From NCBI GenBank assembly GCA_963810915.1, contig CAWEPH010000005.1:280506-344505 (forward strand): a stretch of DNA of 64,000 bases, in the 5' to 3' direction. Made by a program: the position numbers and the translations under genes. Positions within the stretch are counted from its first letter, which is position 1. Each line of letters begins with the position of its first letter. This document shows, one piece after another, positions 19,272-27,628 of this stretch. This DNA comes from an uncultured Actinomycetes bacterium (lineage in GTDB: Bacteria > Actinomycetota > UBA4738 > HRBIN12). The notes below the pieces were generated by a model that saw only the letters and a list, made by a program, of their open reading frames with translations, was not told the DNA's origin and did not search any database.

Positions 19272-19957
19272 ACGTCGTGTTGGTGGTCGACGACGAACCC
19301 CAGATCCGTCGGGCGCTACGTACGAGCCTCGAGGCCCACGGCTACGAGGTGGCGACCGTGGGCACCGGTGAGGAGGGCGTGCTTGCCGCGGCGGAGCAGT
19401 CACCTGAGCTCGTCCTGCTCGATCTCGGCCTGCCCGACCTGGACGGGACCGAGGTGATCCGACGGATCCGTGGGTTCAGCGAGGTGCCGGTCATCGTGTT
19501 GTCGGTGCGCGACGGCCAGCAGGACAAGGTGGCCGCGCTGGATGCCGGCGCCGACGACTTCGTCACCAAGCCGTTCGGGATGGAAGAGCTGCTCGCCCGC
19601 CTGCGCGCCGCCCTGCGCCGCGCGCAACCTGAGGAGCCCTCGATGCCGGTGATGAGGTACGGCGGCCTGGAGGTGGACCTCCCCCGACGGCTCGTGTCGC
19701 GGGACGGTTCGGCGATCCACTTGACCCCGACCGAGTACGCCCTCCTCGAGGCGCTCGTCACGAACCAGGGGAAGCTCCTCACGCATCAATGGTTGCTGCG
19801 CAAGGTATGGGGCCAGGGCTACGGCACGGAGACCACCTACCTGCGCACCTACGTGCGTGCGCTTCGCAAGAAGCTCGGCGATGACGCGCAGGCGCCCGCG
19901 CTCATCATCACGGAGCCGGGCGTGGGGTATCGATGGGTGGCAGAGCCTTCGGAGTGA
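19268..19957 (+). CDS. KdpE-like OmpR-family response regulator (second copy, intact)
   Basis: 229 aa. VLVVDDEPQIRRAL, LDLGLPDLDG, LDAGADDFVTKPF, LTPTEYALLEALVTNQGKLLTHQWLLRKVWG and EPGVGYRW give a close match to the KdpE pattern. Confidence 0.9.
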   Translation: MNVVLVVDDEPQIRRALRTSLEAHGYEVATVGTGEEGVLAAAEQSPELVLLDLGLPDLDGTEVIRRIRGFSEVPVIVLSVRDGQQDKVAALDAGADDFVTKPFGMEELLARLRAALRRAQPEEPSMPVMRYGGLEVDLPRRLVSRDGSAIHLTPTEYALLEALVTNQGKLLTHQWLLRKVWGQGYGTETTYLRTYVRALRKKLGDDAQAPALIITEPGVGYRWVAEPSE

Positions 19958-20053
19958 TCCGAGGGCGCCGTCGAGAGGTCGTCCGATGCGCGGCCGGGCG
20001 CAGACGTGCCCGCTGCGCTACGTTTGGCGTCTCGACCGAACGGAAGGATCCGC

Positions 20054-20533
20054 ATGAACATCCGGCCGGCCACGAAGGACGATGACGCGTTCCTCAAGAC
20101 CATGATGTACGAGGCCGCTCGGTGGAATCCCGATTGGCCGCGCGAGCCGATGGCCGAGGTCCTCGACGAGCCCATCCTCCGGCGCTACCACGAGGACTGG
20201 GGCCGTCCGGGTGACGGCGGGATGATCGCCGAGATCGACGGCGAGCCGGTGGGCGCCGCTTGGTACCGCCTGTTCACGGCGGACGCGCCGGGCTACGGGT
20301 TCGTGGACGAGCGCACGCCCGAGCTCTCGATCGCCGTGGCGCCCTTGCATCGGCGCAAGGGCATCGGGGGCACGCTCCTTCGCGCCGCGATGGTGAACGC
20401 CCGGGAAGAGGGGTATCAGACGCTGTCTCTATCGGTGGCCGTGCACAACCGGTCGCGCATGCTGTACCAGCGGGTCGGCTTCGAGAAGGTGGGCGAGGAG
20501 GGCGACAGCTGGACCATGCTGGCGAACCTCTAG
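20054..20533 (+). CDS. GNAT-family N-acetyltransferase
   Basis: ATG at 20054 after GGAAGGA. The acetyl-CoA motif RRKGIGGTLLRAAM is present. Confidence 0.8.
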   Translation: MNIRPATKDDDAFLKTMMYEAARWNPDWPREPMAEVLDEPILRRYHEDWGRPGDGGMIAEIDGEPVGAAWYRLFTADAPGYGFVDERTPELSIAVAPLHRRKGIGGTLLRAAMVNAREEGYQTLSLSVAVHNRSRMLYQRVGFEKVGEEGDSWTMLANL

Positions 20534-20537
20534 GCAG

Positions 20538-21194
20538 TCAACGATCCCCCGCCTCACGTGCGGCGTCGAGCGCCGCGTACTCGGCACGCACCTTCGTCCA
20601 TCGACGCATCACGTACGCCACGGCCAGGACGACGAGCACGGCCAGGATCAGGAGCGAGAACGGTGCGAGCGCCTTCTCGACCTTCTGCCAGTTCGCCCCT
20701 GCCACGTGTCCCAGGAACGCCAGCGCGTACACGAACGGGACGCATCCCAAGATCGTGTAGGTGGTGAACTTCCAGAACGGCATCTCCGCGACACCGGCGG
20801 GGAGGCTGATGAACGTGCGCACGACCGGGAGCAGCCGCGCTACGCACACGGTGGCGTCGCCCCGGCGCTCGAAGAAGACGTGGGCACGGTCCACCTCGTG
20901 GGGGCGGATCAAGAGGTAGCGGCCGAACCGGTCCACCAGCGGCCGACCCCCCGCCTTGCCGGCCCAGTAGGCGAGCCACGATCCCGTCAGGTTGCCCGCT
21001 ACCCCCGCGAAGCCCACCCAGAAGAGGCTGAGCTCGTTGCCGCTGCCGGCGAACGCGGCGCTGGTGAGGGCGCCGCCGAAGAGCATCGTGACCTCGCTGG
21101 GGATGGGAACGCACGCGGATTCCAGCAACATCAGGACGAAGATCGCCACGTACCCGTACTGGCTCAGCAGGTTCGTGATCTGGTCGGTGAACAT
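20538..21194 (-). CDS. DedA-family membrane protein
   Basis: Only the C-terminal 218 aa of the 637-aa ORF, starting at ATG 21194. YGYVAIFVLMLLESACVPIPSEV and RLLPVVRTFISLPAGV motifs are present. Confidence 0.85.
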   Translation of the reverse strand: MFTDQITNLLSQYGYVAIFVLMLLESACVPIPSEVTMLFGGALTSAAFAGSGNELSLFWVGFAGVAGNLTGSWLAYWAGKAGGRPLVDRFGRYLLIRPHEVDRAHVFFERRGDATVCVARLLPVVRTFISLPAGVAEMPFWKFTTYTILGCVPFVYALAFLGHVAGANWQKVEKALAPFSLLILAVLVVLAVAYVMRRWTKVRAEYAALDAAREAGDR

Positions 21195-21237
21195 GGCCAA
21201 GCTGTGCACGGGGTCCGTTCGGGTCCGGGAATACGCA

Positions 21238-21323
21238 GACGGTATCACCGTGTTCCGAGGGTTCTGTGGCCTCCGTGTGAAGCTCTCACCTGCACGGTCG
21301 TCCACCCGGTCGGTGATACCGTC
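21238..21323. repeat. 13-nt perfect inverted repeat flanking 60 nt upstream of topA
   Basis: GACGGTATCACCG (21238-21250) pairs with CGGTGATACCGTC (21311-21323). A CCCCGG-ttcg-CCGGGG hairpin follows at 21336-21351, 27 nt before the topA ATG. Confidence 0.5.
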
Positions 21324-21377
21324 CCCGGCCAAGAGCCCCGGTTCGCCGGGGTCCCGATGCGACGAAGGTGCGTGTCC

Positions 21378-23943
21378 ATGTCCAAGACCCTGGTGGTGGT
21401 CGAGTCGCCCGCCAAGGCGAAGACCATCGAGAAGTACCTGGGCGGCGAGTACGCCGTCCGGGCTTCCTATGGGCACATCCGGGACCTCGGCAAGGGGTAC
21501 GGCGGGCTCGGAGTGGATATCGAGCACGATTTCCAGCCCGATTACGTCGTGCCCGAGGATTCCAAGCGCCACGTCTCGGAGCTGAAGTCGGCGCTGAAGC
21601 AGGCCGACGACGTCATCCTCGCGACGGACTACGACCGTGAGGGAGAGGCCATCGCGTTCCACGTGGCGACCCTGCTTGGGGTGGACCCGGAGCGTGCGAA
21701 GCGCGTGACGTTCACCGAGATCACGCGGGATGCCATCCTGGAGGCCTTCACGCACCCCCGGGCGATCGATCTGAAGCTCTTCGACGCGCAGGAGGCCCGT
21801 CGGATCCTCGACCGCCTCGTGGGGTACCGCATCTCGCCGATCCTCTGGCGGCGCGTGCGCCCGGGTCTGTCGGCCGGCCGCGTCCAGTCGGTGGCCGTGC
21901 GGCTGATCGTGGAACGCGAGCGCGAGATCCGCGCGTTCGTGCCGGTGGAGTACTGGAGCGTGGACGTCCGGCTCACACCCGAGGACCCGGAGCAACCGTT
22001 CGTCGCCCGGCTCGTGGAGATCCCCGAAGGACGCTTGGCCGCGTCGCCGGAGAAGAAAGGCGTGTTGCTCGCCGCCGAGGCCGACGCCGCCACGCACGCC
22101 GAGCGGTTGCGCCGCGCGGCCTACCGCGTGGCCGACGTCGAACGGAAGGAGCGCAAGCGCTCGCCCGCGCCGCCGTTCACGACCTCCACGATGCAGCAGG
22201 AGGCCGCCCGCAAGCTCGGGTTCAGCGCGCGCAAGACGATGACGCTCGCCCAGCGCCTGTACGAGGGCATCGATCTGCCCGGCGAGGGCTCGGTCGGCCT
22301 GATCACGTACATGCGCACCGACTCCGTGAGCATCGCCGAGACGGCGATCCGTGAGATCGCCGAGCTGGTGAAGACCGAGTACGGGGCTGCCTATGCCTTG
22401 GGCGAGGCCCGTCACTACAGGACCAAGAGCCGCAACGCCCAGGAGGCCCACGAGGCGATCCGGCCGACGAGTGCGATGCGCACCCCACAGCGGGTGGCCG
22501 CGGCGCTCGACCGCGACCAGCTCCGCCTCTACACCTTGATCTGGCAGCGCACGGTGGCCACCCAGATGGCCGAGGCTCGCTTCAACCAGGTGGGCGTCGA
22601 TATCGTCGCGACCAGCGTCGCGCGTGAGGGGGCGACCAGCGTCGCGCGTGAAGGGGCCGACGGCCGAGGACCTGACCTACGGGCTGCGCGCCACCGGGCA
22701 GACCATGATCTTCGACGGTTTCATCCGCGTCTACAAGGAGGGACGCGACGAGGGTCCTGACGAGGATGCGGAGAAGACGCTGCCCGAGCTCACCGTGGAG
22801 CAGGTCCTGCGCATGCTCGAGGTCCTGCCCGAGCAGCACTTCACCCAACCGCCGCCGCGCTTCAGCGAGGCTTCCCTGGTGAAGACGCTGGAGGAACTCG
22901 GCATCGGCCGCCCCTCGACGTATGCGTCGATCATCGACACGATCCAGCGCCGCGAGTACGTCACGCTCGAGGAGAAGCGGTTCCGGCCGACGGACGTGGG
23001 CGAGGTCGTCACGGACAAGCTGATCGAGCACTTCCCGGACGTCGTCGACGTCAACTTCACGGCATACATGGAGCGCGAGCTCGACGACATCGCCGAAGGA
23101 GACCTGCGGAAGCTCCAGATGCTGGAGGAGTTCAACGGGCCGTTCGAGCGCTCGCTCGAGAAGGCCGAGCACTCCTTCGAGCGCTACGAGGAGGCCCTGG
23201 ACGAGGACTGTCCGCTCTGCCCGAAGGAGGGCCGAGAGCCCGCCAAGCTCCAGGTGAAGCTTGGGCGCTACGGGAAGTTCATCGGTTGTCCCAACTACCC
23301 GGAATGCCGGTACATCCGGAACATGGACGGCACCGAGCGGGCGGAGCCCGAGCTGATCGACGAGCTCTGCCCCGAGTGCGGCCGGCAGCTGCAGAAGCGC
23401 GTGGGTCGATTCGGACCGTTCGTCGGGTGCAGCGGCTACCCCGACTGCACGTTCATCAAGAAGGACCCCGCCAAGAGCACCGGGGTGACCTGCCCGCAGT
23501 GCCAACTGGGAGAGCTGATCGAGAAGCGGAGCCGCTTCGGCACCACGTTCTACAGTTGCGACCGCTACCCGGACTGCGACTGCGCGGTGGGGAATCCGCC
23601 GGAGAAGGATCATCCGTGTCCCGAGTGCGGCGGCCTCCTGCTGCGCCGCCCCAAGTCTCTTCGGTGCTGGGGCTGCGGGGCGGAGCTGGACCTCGATTTC
23701 CAGGTGACGAAGCCAGGCGACGTGGAGGCGGAGACGGCGGCGCGGGATGCCAAGGCCGCGGCGAAGGCCGCGCGCGCCGCCGCGAAGAAGAAGTCGACGG
23801 CCAAGAAGAAGCCTGCCGCCCGCAAGAAGTCCGCCGCGCGGAAGAAGGCCACGACGAAGAAGCCCACGACTACCGCGAAACCGACGACGGCTGAGGTCAA
23901 GGCCGCCGCATCGGCCGAGGCCGAGGCGACGGCGGAGGGCTAG
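21378..23943 (+). CDS. topA: DNA topoisomerase I (frame switch at about 22652 inside a tandem duplication)
   Basis: TOPRIM N-terminus MSKTLVVVESPAKAKTIEKYLG. Four Cys4 zinc ribbons follow (CPLCP..CPNYPEC, CPECG..CSGYPDC, CPQC..CDRYPDC, CPECG..CWGCG), then a Lys/Ala-rich tail. Confidence 0.9.
22608..22656 (+). repeat. 24/25-nt direct tandem duplication within topA
   Basis: GCGACCAGCGTCGCGCGTGAGGGG is followed immediately by GCGACCAGCGTCGCGCGTGAAGGGG. The extra A in copy 2 shifts the frame. Without it the duplication would be in frame (ATSVAREG twice). Confidence 0.9.
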
Positions 23944-23949
23944 CGCCCC

Positions 23950-25980
23950 GTGGCCACCTTCGCCGATGAGGTCGCCGCGCTCCGCGGGACCAAACCGGCG
24001 ACCCTGAGGGACCTGCTCACCAATCGGGCGTTCTCGCGCCTGCTAGCCGCGATGGCGGTCTCCTCGTTGGGGGATTGGGTGGGTTTCGTCGCGGTCACCT
24101 CGTTGGTGACACAGCTCTCCGGATCGACGGCGGCCGCGGGACTCGCGGTCGGCGGGGTGATGACCGCCCGCATGCTGCCCGCGATCCTGTTCGGCCCGAT
24201 CGCCGGCGCGCTCGTGGACCGGGTCAACCGCAAGCAGATCATGATCATCGCCGACATCGGTCGTGGGGCGATGTACGCATCGATGGCGTTCTTCCACGAG
24301 CTGTGGGTGATCTTCCTGCTCTCGTTCGCGATCGAGTGCCTGTCTCTGTTGTGGACCCCGGCGCGTGACGCGTCCTTGCCCAACCTCGTGCCGAGGCGTC
24401 AGCTCGCCAACGCGAACTCCATCGGGCTCGTGAGCACGTACGCCACGCTCCCGCTTGGGGCCGCGATCTTCGCCGGGTTGGCCGGGTTCAGCCAAGCGCT
24501 CGGTCAACGCGTCGTCTTCCTGGGCGACTCACCGCAGTCCCTCGCGCTGCTGCTCGACGCCAGCACCTTCGCGTTCTCCGCCGTGATGGTGAGCGGGATC
24601 GACATCCCCACCCAGGTCAGCCTCACCAAGGGACGGTTCGACCTCACGCGGGTCTGGCGCGACATCGTCGACGGGGTCAGGTTCCTGCGTGAGGATTCGA
24701 TCGCCTCGGCGATGACGGCGGGCATCGTGATCGCGTTCGCGGCCGTCGGCGCCGTGTTGGCGGTGGGCCCCATCTTCGTCACGGTGACCGTTGACGCGAA
24801 GGCGGCCGGTTGGGGGGTCGTCGTGGTGGCGTTCGGGACCGGGATGGCCATCGGGATGGCTGGCACGAACGTGGTGGCGAAGTACTTCGACCGAGGCCTG
24901 ACGTTCGTGTACGCGCTGATCGCGGCGGCCTTCGCCCTGTTCCTGCTGGCCGCGATGCCGAACCTCGCGCTCGTGTCCGTCGTGGCGGTCTGGCTGGGTG
25001 CGTTCTGCGGGCTGGCGTGGGTCAGCGGCTACACCCTCCTGCAGGAGAACGTCGAGGACGAGTATCGGGGTCGCACCTTCGCCTCGCTGACGGTGCTGTC
25101 GCGTCTCGGTCTCTTCCTGTCCCTCACGCTCTTCCCTATCCTGTCGAGCGTCTATGGCGATCACGGGTTCCATATCGGTGGACAGCCGTTCGATCTGTCC
25201 GGCACGCGGCTCGCGCTCTGGACGGCCGGCGTCCTGGCTCTTGCGGCCGGGCTCAACACGCGTCGGCTGCTTCGACGCCATCGTCTCTCCCGACCCCAAC
25301 CCCTCACGCTCGTGCCGAAGCTGAAGCGCCCTCCCGCGACGGGCGTCTTCATCGCGTTCGAGGGCGTGGAGGGCGCGGGCAAGGGGACCCAGATCAAGGA
25401 GGCCGAGTCGTATCTGCGCGGGTTGGGACACGACGTGATCGTCACGCGCGAGCCCGGCGGCACCGAGCTGGGGGAGAAGATCCGCGAGATGCTCCTCGAT
25501 CCGAGGACGGGGAAACTCGACGCGCGGAGCGAGGCGCTCCTGTTCGCTGCGGCACGGGCACAGACGGTGACGTCCGTGATCCGGCCCGCCCTCGCCGACG
25601 GCAAGGTCGTCATCTGCGACCGGTACGTGGACTCGTCGCTGGCTTACCAGGGATGGGCTCGAGGTCTCGGGGAGGAGGACGTACTCACGTTGAACGTCTG
25701 GGCGACGCAAGGACTCTTCCCCGACCTCGTGATCCTGCTCCACGTGGAACCCGAACGCGGACTTCTGCGCTCGACCGAGGCGCCCGATCGGATGGAGCTC
25801 GAAGGCCAGGACTTCCATGCCAAAGTCTCCGACGCCTACCTGAAGATCGCGGAGGAGCATCCGGAACGCTTCGTCGTGGTGGACGGCGACGCTCCCCAGG
25901 ACCAGGTGTTCGAGGGGGTGCGAACGGCGCTCGACCGGGTCCTGCACGACCGTGAGGCGGATACCGGCACCCCGACCTGA
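23950..25980 (+). CDS. tmk: MFS-type transporter fused to thymidylate kinase
   Basis: 676-aa intact ORF. An N-terminal polytopic region of about 450 aa is followed by a C-terminal dTMP kinase (FIAFEGVEGAGKGTQ, TREPGGT, DRYVDSSLAYQG). Confidence 0.85.
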   Translation: MATFADEVAALRGTKPATLRDLLTNRAFSRLLAAMAVSSLGDWVGFVAVTSLVTQLSGSTAAAGLAVGGVMTARMLPAILFGPIAGALVDRVNRKQIMIIADIGRGAMYASMAFFHELWVIFLLSFAIECLSLLWTPARDASLPNLVPRRQLANANSIGLVSTYATLPLGAAIFAGLAGFSQALGQRVVFLGDSPQSLALLLDASTFAFSAVMVSGIDIPTQVSLTKGRFDLTRVWRDIVDGVRFLREDSIASAMTAGIVIAFAAVGAVLAVGPIFVTVTVDAKAAGWGVVVVAFGTGMAIGMAGTNVVAKYFDRGLTFVYALIAAAFALFLLAAMPNLALVSVVAVWLGAFCGLAWVSGYTLLQENVEDEYRGRTFASLTVLSRLGLFLSLTLFPILSSVYGDHGFHIGGQPFDLSGTRLALWTAGVLALAAGLNTRRLLRRHRLSRPQPLTLVPKLKRPPATGVFIAFEGVEGAGKGTQIKEAESYLRGLGHDVIVTREPGGTELGEKIREMLLDPRTGKLDARSEALLFAAARAQTVTSVIRPALADGKVVICDRYVDSSLAYQGWARGLGEEDVLTLNVWATQGLFPDLVILLHVEPERGLLRSTEAPDRMELEGQDFHAKVSDAYLKIAEEHPERFVVVDGDAPQDQVFEGVRTALDRVLHDREADTGTPT

Positions 25981-26044
25981 TCGACGCGGAGCTCCTGCGC
26001 AGGCAGCCGGAGCGATGTCGCCGAGCTGCGCTAGCATCGCGCCC

Positions 26045-27157
26045 ATGAGCGCCGTGCTGGAGCGGGTCCCCGGTCAGGAGGCGGCGATGGCCTTCCTGAT
26101 CGCCGCGGTCGAGCGGCCGCACCACGCCTACGTGCTCGGCGGGCCCGAAGGGTCCGGCAAGTCCATCGCCGCCGCCGCGTTCACCGCGGCCCTCCTGTGC
26201 CCGACGGGCGGGTGCGGGGCGTGTCGCTCCTGCAGGCTCGCGCTCGAGGGACATCATCCGAACGTCTTCCTGATCGAACCGGAGGGACGCGACATCCACG
26301 TCGACACCATCCGCGAGGAGGTGTGGACACCCGCCTCGCGCACCGCGCCGGAACCGGGGCGCAAGGTGTTCGTGATCAGGGAGGCCGATCGCCTGAGTCC
26401 GGCGGCGGCGGACACGCTCCTGAAGGTCCTGGAGGAGCCACCCGCAGACGCCGTCTTCCTCCTGATGTCCGCGCGCGCGCACGAACTTCCCGAGACGATC
26501 CTGTCGCGGTGTCACCTGGTGACGTTCACCGCTTTGTCGGAGGCGTTCGTGGTCGGCGTCCTCGTCGACGAGGGGGTACCCGACGTGCGCGCTCACCTGG
26601 CCGCGCGTCTCGCGGGCGGCAACCTGGGACGTGCGCGTCGGCTCGCGGTGAGCCAGGACGGGCTCGCGTTCCGCGACGCGGCGCGCGAGGCCCTGGTCCA
26701 CGCGGCCGAGGGTCCCTCGGGTGCACTGGAGGCCGCCGACATCGTGCTGGCGGCCGCCGCGGAGTACCGCAAGAACCTCAAGGGCGAGCTGCAGGTCGAA
26801 CTCGCTCCCTTCCTCGACGAACGGGGGCGTCCCGAGGATGCCTATCGGGGGGCGATCAAGCGGATCGAGACCCGTTTCCAGCGGAAGGAGCGTCGAGCCG
26901 AGCGCGACTACGTCGACTGGGTGCTCCTGGCGGTGTCTGCGTTGCTGCGCGACGTGATCGCATCCTCGGTGGGGGCGGGGATGGAGGTGCTGCTGAACCC
27001 GGACCTTCCTCCCGATCGCACGCTGTCCGTCGCGCGGGCGGCGCGCGGCCTCGCCGGCGTCGAGGAGGCGCGGGCCGAACTGGCCGAGGACCTCAACCTG
27101 AACACGCGGCTGGTGCTAGAGCGCGCGTTCCTGCGCCTGGCCGAGCTCGCGGCCTGA
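26045..27157 (+). CDS. holB: DNA polymerase III delta-prime subunit
   Basis: ATG at 26045. HAYVLGGPEGSGKS, the zinc module CPTGGCGACRSCR, and VFVIREADRLSPAAADTLLKVLEEPP are present. Confidence 0.85.
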   Translation: MSAVLERVPGQEAAMAFLIAAVERPHHAYVLGGPEGSGKSIAAAAFTAALLCPTGGCGACRSCRLALEGHHPNVFLIEPEGRDIHVDTIREEVWTPASRTAPEPGRKVFVIREADRLSPAAADTLLKVLEEPPADAVFLLMSARAHELPETILSRCHLVTFTALSEAFVVGVLVDEGVPDVRAHLAARLAGGNLGRARRLAVSQDGLAFRDAAREALVHAAEGPSGALEAADIVLAAAAEYRKNLKGELQVELAPFLDERGRPEDAYRGAIKRIETRFQRKERRAERDYVDWVLLAVSALLRDVIASSVGAGMEVLLNPDLPPDRTLSVARAARGLAGVEEARAELAEDLNLNTRLVLERAFLRLAELAA

Positions 27158-27184
27158 CGTAGGTCAGCGGGCCGACACGCGATT

Positions 27185-27200
27185 GTGGTGCTGGCACCAC
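27185..27200. promoter_or_regulatory. 16-nt palindrome GTGGTGC-TG-GCACCAC (motif copy 1)
   Basis: Perfect 7-2-7 palindrome, 28 nt after the holB stop and 24 nt before the ATG of the REC-only gene. It shares the core GTGC-YR-GCAC with sites at 30622 and 37755. Confidence 0.4.
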
Positions 27201-27223
27201 TGGCATCGGGCTCGGCGGGTGTG

Positions 27224-27628
27224 ATGCTTGTGCCGATGCCTGTTCGCGTCTTGATCGTGGACGACCAGGAGCCGTTCCGCATGGCGGCCCGCATGGTGGT
27301 GGACGCCACCGAGGGCTTCGAGGTCGTGGGTGAAGCCGAGACCGGCGAGGACTCCGTGGCGATGGCCGCCGATCTCAGGCCCGACCTCGTCCTCATGGAC
27401 GTGAACCTGCCGGGGATCAACGGGCTCGACGCCACGCGCCAGATCCTGGACGGCGCAGGCGACCCCGTCGTGGTGCTGCTCCTGTCCACGTACGAGGAGG
27501 AGGAGTACGCCCCGCGCGCGGCAGAGTGCGGCGCGGCGGCGTACATCCCCAAGGCGCTCTTCGGCCCCGACCGGCTGGAGACCGCCTGGGAGGCCGCCTC
27601 GGGATCAGCGCCCGGATCCGCCGGGTAG
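27224..27628 (+). CDS. stand-alone receiver-domain protein (NarL-type REC, no output domain)
   Basis: VRVLIVDDQEPFR, DLVLMDVNLPGINGLD and VVLLLSTYEEEEY motifs. The start is uncertain (ATG 27224 or 27236). Confidence 0.8.
   Translation: MLVPMPVRVLIVDDQEPFRMAARMVVDATEGFEVVGEAETGEDSVAMAADLRPDLVLMDVNLPGINGLDATRQILDGAGDPVVVLLLSTYEEEEYAPRAAECGAAAYIPKALFGPDRLETAWEAASGSAPGSAG

Noticed and set aside
20538-22451. 637-aa minus-strand ORF overlapping topA.
   Set aside because: Only the C-terminal 218 aa (DedA family, from ATG 21194) look like protein. The rest is antisense to topA.
27191-27206. TGGCAC...GCAT read as a sigma-54 -24/-12 promoter. The same TGGCAC occurs at 30629.
   Set aside because: The GG-to-GC spacing is 2 nt too short for the consensus, and the synteny points to a phylum that lacks RpoN. 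The sequence is better explained as half of a palindrome.
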